Shown here: positions 27,244 through 42,081 of the stretch, in pieces
Layout: the number at the start of each line of letters is the position of its first letter
Numbering within the stretch: the first letter of the stretch is position 1
Source: Octopus bimaculoides
Lineage: Eukaryota
Assembly (NCBI RefSeq): GCF_001194135.2
Contig: NC_068993.1
Coordinates: 53,089,547 to 53,153,546 of the forward strand
Reading direction: 5' to 3'
DNA: 64,000 nt
Translations under genes and position numbers: made by a program
Notes under the pieces: generated by a model
The model's input: only the letters and a program-made list of their open reading frames with translations
Database searches by the model: none
What the model was told of the DNA's origin: nothing

Positions 27244-27586
27244 CAGATGCGTTTTTTTTCATTATGTTGTTACTAAAATGTGAAGCAAATAATGCCAAAG
27301 CAATTTCAGTAATAGGTTGCTGGCAAGATATCACAGTGGAAAAAAAAAACACCTTTAGTAAGGAGTTATTATATTACAGCTAAGAAATATATTTCACTCC
27401 AGATTACATATATCAAAAGAAGGGCAAACAGACATCCCTGCAGAAATCCTCATCTAAACAGGATTTTTAGGTGAGGAAATAACATAAAAAGGACATTGTA
27501 AATGATAATTAGGGAACATAAAAACAAATCTTATTGGGTCTAATAGAACTGATGGATTGAGGAGGTTTCAGAACAATATATAAAAT

Positions 27587-27837
27587 TTAAGCTTGACAAC
27601 AACTGTAGCTAGATACTGGAGTTGTCTCCCCAGAGGGAAACGCTTTGTTATTATGAGGCCGAAGTTCATGAGCTTTAGCTTGTTTCGTCAGTTCTCGTGC
27701 AATATCAAAAAATAACTTTTCAACATTGTCAGCTTCTTTTGCTGAAGTTTCCAAGAAAGTCATCTCGTAACGATTTGCAAATTGTTCTCCTATTGTAGTA
27801 GGTATTTCTCTGCGATTTATCTGATCAATTTTGTTAC
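27587..27837 (-). CDS. RAB30: Rab30 last coding exon (GNKID...ETSAK...SCCQA*)
   Basis: 251 nt, phase 1 acceptor TTTGTAG; NKID and ETSAK motifs; C-terminal CC prenylation motif; the four exons sum to 606 nt = 201 aa plus stop. Confidence 0.96.
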
Positions 27838-30800
27838 CTACAAAGAAAAAGAAAAAAAGAAAAAACAAAAAATCAACTCTTATACAATAAAGCTATTTTT
27901 CTAAATTTAGTAGCATAAAAAATATTTCAGAAGCAATATGAAATACACAAGACATTCTTGAGCAGCCAGCATTTAATTCAAAAGGAATTATAATACCAAA
28001 TCATTATTTGCAACCACTTCTTTATCTCTTGTTTGTTTCATTGTTTGTTACATTGTTTAACGTCCATTTTTTCATACTTGCATGAGTCAGAGTTTATTGA
28101 GATTTTCAATGGCCAGATATGCTTTTGCAGAATATTGGAAATGAATTTCACTCATGTATGACAACTATGACACAATGTCAAGACAATGAGGCATAAACAT
28201 GCACATGCACACACACACACACACAACCTCCAATATATGTTGTATATGTATGTATATGTTTCTGTGTGTATGTTTGTCCCCGCCAACATCGCTTGACAAC
28301 CAATGCTGGTGTGTTTACATCGCCCGTAACTTAGCGGTTTGGCAAAAGAGACCGATAGAATAAGTACTAGGCTTACAAAGAATAAGCCCTGGGGTCGATT
28401 TGCTCGACTAAAGGCAGTGCTCCAGCATGGCCGCAGTCAAATGATTGAAGCAAGTAAAAGTGTACAACAAAACTAAATACTGCCATGTATTCAGCTGCCT
28501 TATTCCCATTACTGTCAGTAATACTCCAACCAATAAAGGTCACTGGCTTTGCTCTACAATTTTCAGACTAATCAACACCTCACCTAAACCCTTCTTTCAC
28601 ACTTTTAGCCTGCCCTTTAATATGCTTAGTTATATTGTATAACTCACATTCCTTTCACTCAGCACTAGATGGAATCCTAAATTCCATCCATGAACATTTT
28701 TTTTTTTGTCCAGTCTTCTTCAACACAGCAACAACTGAATATAACCTCTCTGACACTTCAGTAATAAAGAGAAACAAAGGTTATTTAGCAGCTGTGTCAT
28801 AAATAAAGCAGTGGTTTCTTTGTAAACAAATCTGTAACATGAAAATTTAGATTAATATTTTTGTTGCTCACTCATTCAGAACTATATTGTGTATACTTTA
28901 ATAGGATTATTATGATAGTTTTTTATTCTAAAATAAACTGAATTCATTTTGACAATGTTGTTTGTTAAAAGTCCTCTTATCATCCAAAAATACTGTCATC
29001 AAATATGTCACCTTTGACTTCAATGCTGCTTATGAAGGCCATGTTTTTACCCCTTGTATGGAATAGCTCACTATAATTCTATTCTTTTAAATCAATTGAT
29101 AACTTTTTGTTAGCTTTTAGGACCATATGCAAAGAAACAATAGTTAACAATGAAGTTTTTGTACTGATACTTAAACTAGATGTCATTTGTTGATTGAAGA
29201 ACATATTTTTTTTTCAATGGTAGTATTGTTCTGTTAATGAGATTGCATATATAGATTTAAAGAATTAAAATTTAAAATGATAACAATCTCACAATTATGG
29301 CAGCGTCATTCTTGATTTCCATGTATGAAGGAGCTATTATCAAAAATAAGATTAATGTGACAGACTAAGATAATCAGAAAACAGTCATCACCACATTGTC
29401 ATATTTCATTTTGAAACTTTTACTAACAAATTCATAATCATCTATTTGTGAAGAGAAGTCTCTATATAATAATCAATATAAATGTTGGTTGACTGGTTGA
29501 TTTCTCCAGTCATGTTTTACATCAGAGAGAGAGAGAGAAAGAGAGAGAGCAAACAAGAAATGCTGAGAGGTGCAAGATGATTGGAGAGAAAGAATCAGAG
29601 GAGGGGTGGAGAATGAGGAAGAGAGGGAGTAAATGACAGTAGTTATGGGAGGAGTTATACAAATGAGGAATTTGTTTTAATTTTATTTTAAGATAAATAT
29701 TTTTGCTTGAACATTAGTATTGATTTCATCATTTTGTATAAGTAGTCAAAAATTTGATAAAAGTTAAATTATATTTTATTGTATGTATGCCATGCTTCCT
29801 GATATTAGCCAGGGTGGTAAAATATACGCTTCAAAAGTCATGTCATATGTTGGGTAGCACTTTAGTAATTTAATATTCATTAAAGAATGAATCAAGCAGT
29901 TACATAAAAAGCTTTGCCCAAAGAGCCTGAAGTTATACCCAAACCTTACTATCAGTAAGAGTCTTCAATGTCTAGTAGTACTAGGAAAATAATCTTCCCT
30001 AATTTAAATAAAAAATTACGCCAGATACTCCTTGGATAGTGCTATCAATGACTGAAAATGGTAAACTAACAAAATATAATGTACAATTCCAGTATACTAA
30101 TTGCACCAATGTAAATTGACAGTATAAATAACCAGAAACAGAAGACTGTGTTTTACTTCAGTGGCTCAGTAGAAAATTGTTCTACATGACAGAACTTAGT
30201 ACTGAAAGTGAAAACACAAACAAATGACTATATAAATAAAATGACTATATAAATAAAACAAGTGAACAATTAATAGAATTGCTATCATTGCTGAAATGAA
30301 AGATAAAATAAATGGTAAAATTGTAAAATATATACTAAAAAAAAAAACACAATTAAACCTTGGGAGAGGCATTATGCTGGTAATAAACACACGCACTGGT
30401 TCAGTCCTTTATTAATTTATATAGTTTTTTGTTAAATTATTTCATTGCACTCTTGCAATCTCTTCAGTAACTTGTCTCTCCACTTCCATTTATTTTGAAT
30501 ATATGATCTGGCGTTGTTTTGGCGTTGTTCGAAACTGTTTAATTGTATTTCTTTCAACACACGTATCCACATCAAGAATCTTGCACACGAAATACACATA
30601 CGAAATAAAAAATTTAAAAAAACAATAAACATGGCCAAAGCAAGTAGCATATCTATAATGACTAATGAGAAATAAATTGTATATGATTGATTAGATAATT
30701 TGAACATAGTAGAGAGTTTAGGACCACTGAGTTGAAAAAGTAAAAATGAAAAAAGCCAGTACATTCAAGCTGTTAAAAATTACATATATGTATATGTACA

Positions 30801-31452
30801 CACACACACAACTACATCATTTTAACATCTACTTTTCCATACTTGTATACATTAGATGAAATTCACTTTGACAATCCTGTATTAAAAAAATATGTAAATG
30901 CATATTTCATGTTTAATCTGTCACTGCAGAAATAAAATTTAAGCATTCAATTCTCAGTTATCATCCTTCTACTGAAATCTTATCTGTTATTTAAAAGTAA
31001 GTCACTCAAACTTATCTGTTAAATTTTTCACCCAACACCTAAACCAACACCCAACACCTAAACTGAGTATCAAGAATTTCTATTATTAATAATAATTAGG
31101 GTAGCAGACAAATGCTTCAAACAATATTTTATAACAAACTGAAGTGAAACATTTACTAAAGATAGTCTCTTCACAGAAAAATGTTTACAAAAGATTTTCC
31201 TGTTGATAGAAAAAAATCTTTAAAAAGTGGAAAGATACTCGAAAGAATAACATCTCACTCATTAAAAGATGTACTTCTATCAGAATTGTTAGTAATTCTT
31301 ATTGGGTTAATGCTGCCTAAGAAGGATATTACAATTAATTGAGAATTTTTGTTAGCATAGAGTATTCATTGGATCACTTCTTAATTTGATAATTAAATGA
31401 TTTGAAAAGAAAAACATAATTAATGCTCCAAGTGGAAATAATTAAAACTTAC

Positions 31453-31636
31453 CAACTAAATAAGTTAACACTTTGCTGTTAGTATGAGTTTCGATTTCAT
31501 TTATCCATTGGATAAGACTGTCATAAGATGCTTGGCAGCAAACATCATAAACGACAATAAGAGCATTTGCGGATCTGTAGTATGACTGAGTAATGGAACG
31601 GAATCGCTCCTGGCCAGCAGTATCCCATATCTGCAG
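31453..31636 (-). CDS. RAB30: Rab30 coding exon 3 (LQIWDTAGQERFRSITQSYYRSANAL...TYLV)
   Basis: 184 nt, phase 0/1, TTTACAG acceptor, GTAAGT donor; WDTAGQE G3 motif. Confidence 0.96.
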
Positions 31637-33391
31637 CTGTAAACAATAAATTATAAGCATTACACAAAAGAAATGGAAATTTCATTAGTTTAAGATTCTC
31701 CATGAAAATACATTTTATGCTGGATTCAATAAAAAAAACAAAAAAACAAACCATAGCTGTTACTCAGAATTAAGGCTGACTTGGCAGCATGTACCATGCT
31801 TTTGCTAATTGTTTTAGAGACACATGTAACCACAAGTAGACACATACTCTTTTGGTCTCATCACCCATGACCCAGCAGAACATCCTAGATGTGATAACTG
31901 GAGAAAGAGATGGCTGGCCTAGCACTGGACTAGTACTTATTTCTGCTGAATAGAATGAACCAGCCTTCCATGGTGCCACAGTGTGCTATGCAACCTAAGT
32001 ATCGAAACCATAAGCTTATGACTGTCAGTTCAATACTACACCAGGTCACATGGTAATTATTCAATGTCAATAGGCAAAGAAATCTAATAGTAACACTTAT
32101 GTTTTTCAAAGGACTATTTTACATAATTTTAAATACAATTTTATATTTTGATATCAATTTCAGTTTTGAGATACTGATTTCAAATATTCATTTCAAACCT
32201 TTACTAAATGATGACAAATAACTATATATATAAACTGTATGTGTCACTTAATTTGATGAAATTCTTTTAAATTGGAATTAATCTAATTTCACTTATATCA
32301 ACTTCAATACTTATTTTAGTCTAAGGCGGCTGGGCGAAACGCTTAGTGGTATTTCATCTGCCCTTACGTTCTGAGTTCAAATTCCGCTGAGGTCCACTTT
32401 GCTTTTCATCCTTTCGGGGTCGATAAATTGAGTATCAGTTGCGTACTGGGGTTGATCTAATCGACTGGCCCCCTCCCCTAAAAATTTTGAGCCCTGTGCC
32501 TAGAGTAGAAAAGAATACTTATTTTAGTCTAGCACTTATTTTGTTAATCTCTGTTTGCCAAGATACTAAATTGTGGGACATAAAGGGACACAACATAGAC
32601 ATAAACATTGTATACGTGTTTTATCATTTACTTGTTTCGTTGAAACTGTGGCCAAGTGGGGGTACCACCTTGAGGGGTTCAGTCAAACAAATCAACCCTG
32701 TACATATTTCTAAGCCTGAAACTTATTCTATCCGTCTCTTTCGTCAAACTATTAAGTTACACAGACATAAACAAACCAACAGCACTTGTCAAATGATGGC
32801 AGGAGACAAACATACACGTGTGTGTGTGTGAGATGTGCTTCAACATAGCTTCCATGCACCAAATTCACTCACAAGGCATTGGTTGGACTGGAGGTATTGT
32901 AGAAGACACTTGGCCAAGGTGCCACACAATAGTACTCAACCATCATTTTATACATATATACATACATACACACACACACACACATATAAATAAGGGTTTC
33001 TGACTATCTTCATTGACCAAATTTCACTGACAAGTTAATTTAGGCTCCAGTAAAAACAGAACCAAGTGACCAGGTGACAAAGCAATCTTCTTAACCACAT
33101 AACTATCTCTGTAGCAATATACGTAATTTTTTATTTAGTTATATTCTTATATTTGTAATTTGTAAATTTCCTTTAAACTGTCATTTCAACAGAAAAACTT
33201 CTCCCAGATAAGTTTCAAATAATTGTATATGCTCATCTATATGTATTAATTTTAAATTATTAGGGAAGAAGCATTTTCACAAAAAAAAACTAAACAGAAA
33301 TTATATTAAAATTGTGTTTACATTAATATTATTTTTGTTTTCAATCACATTTGCTGTAGTTAAAAAAAATGCATAGAAGCATTTGATGAGT

Positions 33392-33519
33392 ATTCTACAT
33401 GTACCCAAAGTCAGTGAAATAAAAAAAAAATCTTAATTCTACATGTACCCAAAGTCAGTGAAATAAAAAAAATCTTAATTCTACATGTACCCAAAGTCAG
33501 TGAAATAAAAAAAATCTTA
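33392..33519 (+). repeat. Three tandem copies of a 42-44-bp unit
   Basis: ATTCTACATGTACCCAAAGTCAGTGAAAT(A)nTCTTA x3, differing only in A-run length (10, 8, 8). Confidence 0.95.
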
Positions 33520-33773
33520 ATTATACCAGTTATTTCCCCTCTCCCTGAAATTGCATCTGCCAGTTTATAGGCCACTCAAATTTTTTAACAATCGAGTTTT
33601 AAGTTGGAGAATTTTGAATTCTTTAATAAAATTTAGAAATAGACAATTATATACACATACACAAGTAGATACAAAGACATAGAAAATAGAGGAAAACCTC
33701 TAAAATTTAAGAATGCAGCTTCTATGTACAGAATTCAACTTTAATTTGTTTACTTTATGTATAGATACATACT

Positions 33774-33815
<42 letters not shown>

Positions 33816-35160
33816 AAATCATGTATAAACAAATCATGTATAAATAAAAACGTGCCGTTCCAGATATGTGAGTACTACACCAAATTTGCATGCATTTCAA
33901 CCCTGTAGGAATCTGGTTACTGAAGTACAAAATATTTCTTTCTTTAAGTGAAAGCCAGGTTGCCTTCAAGAGTTTTGGTTAGAAGCTTTCAGAAAGATTG
34001 GAAACATAAGTTCAAAAATAAGTAATGAAAAGAGAACAGGTAATTGTTTATGAGAAGTACTATTACTGATTACAAAATTGCAATAAGTAAAGCTACATTA
34101 TTTTCACAACACATTCTCTAATTAGAGTTTAATGGTAATTAAAATCTTGTTGGAGAAGATAGGAGTTCTCACAGAAGAAATAAATGGATATATATGATTG
34201 TTGTTACATGTATGCTATTATATGCAATGAACAGGGAGATGAGTTTAGAGAAAACAAAAGAGTAACTGCTTACATCATACCCATAAATATCAATGAATTT
34301 AGTGAAGAATACAAAAATAAAAAGGTTATTGGTTAAGAACAAAATTGGGAGAAAACAGACATTTATAAGATTCTAAAGATAGTAGAAAAGAGTTTTAAGG
34401 AATCAGTATCAACAGATGCTGATAGTATATATCTGATAAAGATACATAGAAATTTGGATATAAGCTACTGAGAGGCAGACATCATCATAATCATTTTAAT
34501 GTCCTCTTTTCCATGGTTGCACTGGTCAGACAAATATGTTTAGGCAGAGTTTTTCTATAACTGGATGCCCTTCATGTTGCCAAACCTGAACTGTTTCCAA
34601 GTGAGATAATTATCTCCCAATCTGCTGAACAGCTCCCAACTCAAACATGCTTTTTTTACATTGAGAAATGGAAGCAAAAACATTTGTTAAAGATTGTTTC
34701 GTTTACAAAAATCGTACAACATGTCAAGACATGCCAGAAAGAAAAGATATCCTTTTGTTGATGGATTGCAAAGCAATGATACTGGCAGGAAGCCACTGTT
34801 TACAAACCAGTGAACACAAGGGAAGTCCATCCACCCACTCACTCACTCTCCAGGTTGAGCCACTACTTCTCTGCATTGGGAGGTCACAGCTCTGACACTA
34901 TGGACATATGATTAGAAGTAATAGGAAAAAATCATACAATGAATTCTTGAAACCCAGCCATTTGGCTGGAGACCTAGGAGTACACAAATATTGAGATAGT
35001 TGGATAATATTCATAGTCTCAGTTGGCCACGTTTGGGAATCCAGATGGAAAATGTAATGATGGTTGCTTCTGATAGGATCCTATATAGGAGGTGTCTGAG
35101 GACTCTACCCTCACGAATAGTGGATGGAGAAGATGGAAGTTTTAAAAACACAATTCTTAC

Positions 35161-35244
35161 CTTAACTTTATCCCCATCAATTTCAACACTTTTTATCATG
35201 AAATCTACTCCTATAGTAGCTCCCTGACCAGGTGGAAACAATCC
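35161..35244 (-). CDS. RAB30: Rab30 coding exon 2 (GLFPPGQGATIGVDFMIKSVEIDGDKVK)
   Basis: 84 nt, phase 0/0, CTTCAG acceptor, GTAAGA donor; switch I GATIGVDF. Confidence 0.95.
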
Positions 35245-35939
35245 CTGAAGTGAAGAAAGATAATTTTGATAAATGTTTATTAAAAACAATCCACGATGTC
35301 AAAAATAGACAACAATCAATGCAAATAAACATCATATCTTGTAAAAAAGTTGAATTTGGGAGAAATGCTGATGGTGAACACTGGCAAATAGTGTTGCAAA
35401 AAATTTAAACAGTGTACCCCGTGTAAATTATAGAAGCACAAGGTATGGGATGACAGGTAGGTCAACAGATATGCAGCAGATGCACAGAGACAAAAAGCAT
35501 TAAGAACTCACAAAAAATAGATTTTCTAAAATGCTCAGAAGGCTCTCTGAAAGTAGTTGATAGCTTTTATTACTTAGGTGACTTAATTATCAGTAGGTGT
35601 GATTATTTTTGGGAAAACTTTATATCAAATTTTTGGGAGCTGTGGTGCTTGAAGAGAAGATAATAAATCATGGAGATTGTTTTGATGATTGTCAGCCAGC
35701 TACTGAGAATAAAATGAGTTCTTTACAAAACTTGCAGAATGAATTAACAATTGAAAAGTCTCTGAAAGTGTAAAGGGCAACTGTGCAACAAGGGTTGAGA
35801 ATGATTAAAAGCACATAGTGACTAAATATCTCAAGTAAGTTTCAAGTCGTTTTTGATAAAGAGGATTCTAAAATTCTATATGCTCTTTTGTGCCAAGTCT
35901 TGGAAAACGATCATCTGTTGCAGTTATTCTAGAATCCAA

Positions 35940-36570
35940 GAATGGCATGACATCATTAAAGATGCAGTCAGTATCATACAGTATTGGAAAGAACACTTGC
36001 TGGCTTCTTTTTCAGTCCCACAGCATTAGATGATGCAACTGTTGATAGTTTATTTCAACAAAGTTCACTTCATCATATGCATTGTAAGCCTATGGAGGGT
36101 GAAGTAGTTCTGGCAATTAAGATCAATACTGGCAAAGCACCAGGATTAGACAGAAGTATCAACTCCAACAGAACTATTGCAAACTGAAGGTGAAAAGTTT
36201 TTGTCCGCCATACTTAATAACAAACAGCAGAAAAAGAAATCCTATACAAGTCTGGATTGATGAAATTTCTAGCTAAATACACAAAGGTAAAGAATCCAAA
36301 TCTGTTTATAACTCTTGTGGTATCACTGTCATGGAATCCATTGATAAAAGTCTATTTAGACTGCTGTTCAGTTGGTTAATAAAAGACATCTAACCCTCAA
36401 TGCTAACTGAAATACAATCAGGCATTATGGACAGGATTTTTCTCTGCAAGATAACTTCAAGAAAAATGCATTGAAGAGCAGATACAACTATATCAAATCT
36501 TTGTTGAATTAACAAAGACCTTCAATACTATTAACAAAAAGCACTGAAGAAAGTCCTTGGAAAGTTGGAT
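35940..36570 (+). mobile_element. Degenerate RTE/BovB-like LINE, RT N-terminal part, in a Rab30 intron
   Basis: Remnants PMEGEVVLAIK..NTGKAPGLD, PTELLQTEGE, QLQEKCIE, FVELTKTFNTIN..ALKKVLGK. Confidence 0.7.
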
Positions 36571-36979
36571 TCATCATCATCGTTATTTAATGTCCATTTT
36601 ACATGCTGATATGGATTGGACGGTTTGATAAGAGCTGACCAGCTGAAGAGCTCCATATCTGTTTTGGCATGGTTTCTATGACTGGATGCCTTTCCCAACA
36701 TCAACCATTTTACAGAGTGCACTGGATGCTTTTACAGAGCACCAGCACAGGTGCTTTTATGTGGCACCAGCACCTACAAGCCCACAAGATAAGGGAGGCT
36801 CATGTCACATTCAGTAGGCAACTTTCTAATGAAATTGCTATAGAGAAAGGAGTTAATGTGAAATCCCAGCCTTTACACTAATTTTAAAGTGTACAGGGTA
36901 CAATTAACAAAATGAAAATCTGATCTTCATGTTGTATATCATAGCAAGACAAAGACATTTATAAAGGAATTTAATTTAC

Positions 36980-37066
36980 CTGTGTAAATCTTCGGACAAG
37001 ACATGTTTTTCCAACACCAGCATTTCCTATTAGCACTACCTTGAAAAGGTATTTATAATCTTCCAT
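36980..37066 (-). CDS. RAB30: Rab30 coding exon 1 (MEDYKYLFKVVLIGNAGVGKTCLVRRFTQ)
   Basis: ATG at 37066-37064; P-loop GNAGVGKT typical of Rab30; 87 nt; GTAAAT donor; TTATAG acceptor 8 nt upstream of the ATG (exon starts ~37074). Confidence 0.95.
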
Positions 37067-40000
37067 GGAGAATTCTATAATAACAAATGACAACAACAAC
37101 AACAACAAAAGAATATACAATGATAATAATAATAGAAACAACAGAATATAATTGCAATAATGATCAAATGTAACTACAGGTATAGAAGAAAGGTATGTTT
37201 GCTAACAGTTATGAACATTTTGCTTGGCAACAATGCCTTCACTAAGGATTTTTACAAATTAACTAAGAGATAATGATTTGGAAACAGAATTTCAACATTC
37301 TGACAGATGAAAACAATAACATTTGTAGCAAACAGAGCACATCAGCACTGAGAAAAATTTTAAGCAAATCAGATACCAGGCACCCATCCACAAAATAACA
37401 CTCATCCTTGGCAAGCTGGAAGAAAATACACCTTACACCAGCTCCACTTTCTCAGACTCAATAGATGTACTTTGGGGCCCAGGTTGACGGGCTACCTGAT
37501 GTAAAGAACTAAAATGTCTGAGAAAATATGTGCTTACCAATGAAACAATGCAAGCATTGTCCACCTATATTGTTCCTAACAAGAAGCATTTCTTCTCAGT
37601 TCATTTCTGGGTGAGATTTACCAAACAGGATATCACCTCATTGTGAAATGTGCTGATCTAATGAAATTGTTAGCCTCCAAGACCATTGGTTACAAATCTG
37701 ACTCAAATCATTTCCAAAAGTCACAAAGATCCATGGTCCAGTATTCAACACCCATCCTCAAGGATAGAAAATAAATCACTAAGACACTGACCTATCACAG
37801 ATAGTTTTCCAGCAGGAGGAATTGAACTCAAACTACAAAACCAATAAGTATATACTGTTGCTGTGTATGTTGGTGAATATATGACTTTTGTACCCTAGTT
37901 AGAGCTAGATGGCTTGATCATGGACACACATAACATTAAGAGGCAAGATACAAATAGCTAACTTCTGGCATTAATTAATACTCAGCCATTTGAACTGGCA
38001 TTTTAGTTATTAATAACATATTACCAGTAATACTACAATATAAGAAAAAAAAGGAAACTAACAAACTTGTTAAACCTTGAAATAATGAAATGAGTACTTG
38101 AAAAAAAAAAAAAAAAAAAAAAAAAAACAGATTTATGTGACAATTAATATACTTCAAGAATAAAGGAAATATATTGAAAGAAAAAGAATTTTTGCAATAT
38201 ATAACAGAGAAGTTATCATTGAAAGAAGGTGAAATGACAAATTACACAAAAACTATGTCATCTATCAAATATGATTTTCACATTTAATGTCAATATTGAT
38301 CTGAATTAGATCAATATTCACAATTTTCATATTTCAGACCCTATTATGAACAGCATATTGGCATAGTCATTGGAGCATTAGATAAAATGACTCACAATAT
38401 TTGTTCCAATTCACTGTATGCTGCATTCAGATCTCACCAGTGTGAACTTTGCATTTCATCCTTTTGGGCAACATGCAAAAAGCACTGGTGACACAAAAAA
38501 AATACTGGTGCCTGTCTCATGTGAAAAAGTGCGGGTGCCACATAAAAAGCATCCAGCCATAAAGACTATGCTAGAACAGACAAAGGTGCCTGGTGCAGCC
38601 CCTGATCATACCAGCTCTTGTCAAACTGTCCAACTCATGCCAATACAGAGTACTTGTGAAAGCTATAACCCTTCTGAATTCAAACCTAATCTGTCACCTG
38701 GTTTAACTCCACCACCTGACATTTTGGGTACCTGTAATAGAGTTCATGCAGGTGCAAGCTTTCAAATCTGGTTTCAGGTTTGATATCTTCAAACGTTCCT
38801 CCTACCAATCTTGGAAGCACTGTAAAGTGTTATGAGCATTGCTGCTCTTGTTGACTAAAAGATTCTAAAAAAGGGGGAAAAAAATGTTCCTAAAATCTGT
38901 CATTATCTCTTTTAAGTGTCGACGTTTGCTTCCCAACCACATGGTTCCAAGTTGAGACCCACTGTGTGGCACATTGGATTGTCTTCTACTATATCCTTGG
39001 GCCAACCAAAGCATTGTGAGTGGATTGGATAGATGGAAATTGAAAGAAGCCCATCATGTAAATATATATGTGGGCGTGTCTTTGTGCCTGTGTTTGTCCC
39101 CCACTGTTACTTGAGAACTAGTGTTGGTGTGGTCCTCCAACATGTTGAGTCCTGTCAAACCGTCCAATCCATGTCAGCATGAAAAACGAATATTAAATGA
39201 TGATGATAAATATTATTCTTAATAGTCCTAAGTCTGAGTTTGTATTTTACAATGAACACGAACGTTCCTTTCACAGACTCCAAACACACTACCATTCATG
39301 GTAACCAGACAGAAACGTGGGTTTGTATGGTTTGTTACGAAAAAAAATTGGGTTTATGAGTGGAATGGTCAAATAAGAACCTATAGAATTTAAACCATTC
39401 AGGTCATAATATACTTAGACAAGGTTGAATATACATAAAGCTAACAATTGTTTTCACAATAATTTAAATACGAATCTGGACGGTGTGAAAAAAAATATTT
39501 GCATATGTGCTATTTAAACGAACTAATTAATACCAATGAGGTCTGTGATGGACAAGTTGGTTAAGCATCAAAGAAAATGGGAGATGTTGAGCGAACTGCC
39601 ACTTCTGCCAACAATGTTAATGGTTATCTCTGCATCTGAATAGCAGATTGTGTAATTCTTGAGTGTAAAGTATGAAATAACAAAGTAAAGGTAATGAAGA
39701 GGAGAAAAACCTGCAGGTCAATGATCGACTGGATATAAGGTTTCAAGTTTCAACTCTGCAATAGCTACTGTACACTTGTCTCCCAATAAGATACATATTC
39801 CATATGCAAGTGGATAGTCATTTCATTTTTTCAAATAAACATTTAAAAAAATGTGTGTGTGTGCGTGCGTACACACACGTATACACCTGGTGAATTCCGA
39901 AAGAGGCTTCACTACATATAAATACTGCATTGCATTATGTATTAAATCAATCAATCCCAATGTAAGAAAAGACAATAATAATAACCTTCCGTTCATATAT

Positions 40001-41460
40001 TAAGCTAGGTAAAACAGGAATAGAAAAGAATTACCATTCAATGATAACAATCTGGTTGACTGTCGACTATGTTATTTATGACGAAGTATCAGAGAATACT
40101 TTTTACATCTAAAAAAAAGCCAGTAGACTTTATACTATTAATCTTTAGACTATCCTATTATATGACACTTGGTTAAAAAAAAAAACAAAAAAAACTGTTC
40201 AAGGCAATTTTAGAATGGGCTATTCGCAATTAGGATTTGTAGGGAACAGTGATTCTCCTTGAGTGCTAAAACTAAACCTTTTTGGAGGAATTTAGTTCTT
40301 TCGTAATCCTTTTGCACTTTCCAACTTCAGAGACAACCACTTTCGGTGTTTTAAAAATGGTTAAAAATAATCACTTTTTTCAGCTTACATCATCATCATG
40401 AATTGTATTTTCGCTGATCATTTTTGTCAGAATATTTATTGCTACTTAGCCTCGAGTCAGTCCTGACCAGGCAGGCTTATCATCAAAAGCGTTCCAGCCG
40501 TAATCATCCCGTCTCTTGTATATTTTAGGACTACGCTATCCAACGTGTCTTTCCGATTTCATGATGGTATGAGTAAATGGAGGAAGATCTGGCTGTTATT
40601 TCTAGCATATCGAGCAACTACGAAGACGATCCCTCATCTATCTGTCCCTCACAAATATACATCATACATATACATATTTGGTCCCATTACACATTTGTTT
40701 ATTTCCATTCTAATGTCCTCTTTTTTGCCCTTGTAGAAAATAAAGTAGTCGTCATCGTCATTAGATTTCCCTCGTTAAATTTTCGGCAACAGAATTATTA
40801 TTACCATAAATGTCCATGTGAACCCTGAAGAAATTCTTATAAATCAATATATGTAATGTATTCAACATTACCAAACATAAATGTATTGTTTATTGCAAAG
40901 CCTTATTCGTCGTTACCATTATATCACAACCACTTCATCCCGAAAATACCGAAAAGACACAACTACAAGTTAACGTGGAAGCCTCTATGTGGTAATTCAA
41001 CCCGCTAAAAACAGCATCCAAATCTCTCTAAATCACACATTTCTGCATTATGAAAATGAAAATAGATATAATTGATAATGTAGAAATATATATATATATA
41101 CACACATACACAATAAAAAAAAAAGAGATTCAAATAGGAGGGTCACAGAATGCTTTTCATCATAGGTCTGTCTGCTCGCCCATGGTAAAACCTATGGTTA
41201 AATAATAAATTCTAAAAGAAGCCTTTTTTTTAATATTTGTATTATGCATGTCACAATAATTCAGTGGTATTCATATTTAGAATCAATTACCTATTTAACT
41301 TCAATCTGATATATATTTTAGGGTTCGAAGTTTATAATAATACGACCTATACTACTGGGTTATTTCTGAATGTGGACGAGCTCTATACTGCACTACCACG
41401 TTCCTAACGAAATACAACATAGATAACTATATATATATATATATATATATNNNNNNNNNN

Positions 41461-41498
<38 letters not shown>

Positions 41499-42037
41499 GC
41501 GTATTCATTACTCGCAATAGTAAATAATTATAGGAATATCTTTCTACCTTATTTATATTATACGCACACCTATCTACCCATATATATATTATATATAATC
41601 TATAGCGGTGTATTTTATGTATGTATGAATTATTAATATTTTCAGTAGAATGAATCAAAATAGGTATTAAGGCGAAAGAAGGAAAAAAGATAACCAAGTT
41701 AAAAATTTGTATTTGATTTGTTCTGATACACACAAACACACGCATAATTTATTTCTAAAATTAAGTTACAGCTCACAAACTGACAATAGAGATATATATC
41801 CAAGAGAAGTAACAACGTAGATGAATATTTGCGATGTTTAGGTTTGGGGGTTTTTAGAAAAAAAAGCTACATTATCATTTAAAAATATATAAAATTTAAA
41901 AGGCAACACACCCACTTCGTCGTCTGCTCACATCCCATACAGACACTATAGCAAAAGCTTAATTGATTAAACAATTAATTTAAAATGTGGTTAGCTAATT
42001 TAATAGATAAACAAAAAAAAAATCACAATTGACTTAC

Positions 42038-42081
42038 CTTATGGAAGATCTTCGCGAAAAATAGTAATATTCCTGGGGAAG
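42038..42081 (-). other. RAB30: Putative non-coding 5' UTR exon of Rab30
   Basis: Consensus donor AAG|GTAAGT on the minus strand (plus-strand ACTTAC 42032-42037); possible acceptor TTCTTGTACAG at 42083-42082; the ATG exon has its own acceptor, so an upstream exon is needed. The 5' boundary is uncertain. Confidence 0.45.

Noticed and set aside
30432-30764. 110-aa hydrophobic minus-strand ORF in a Rab30 intron
   Set aside because: AT-rich composition explains the F/L/I/M richness; no recognisable domain or splice support
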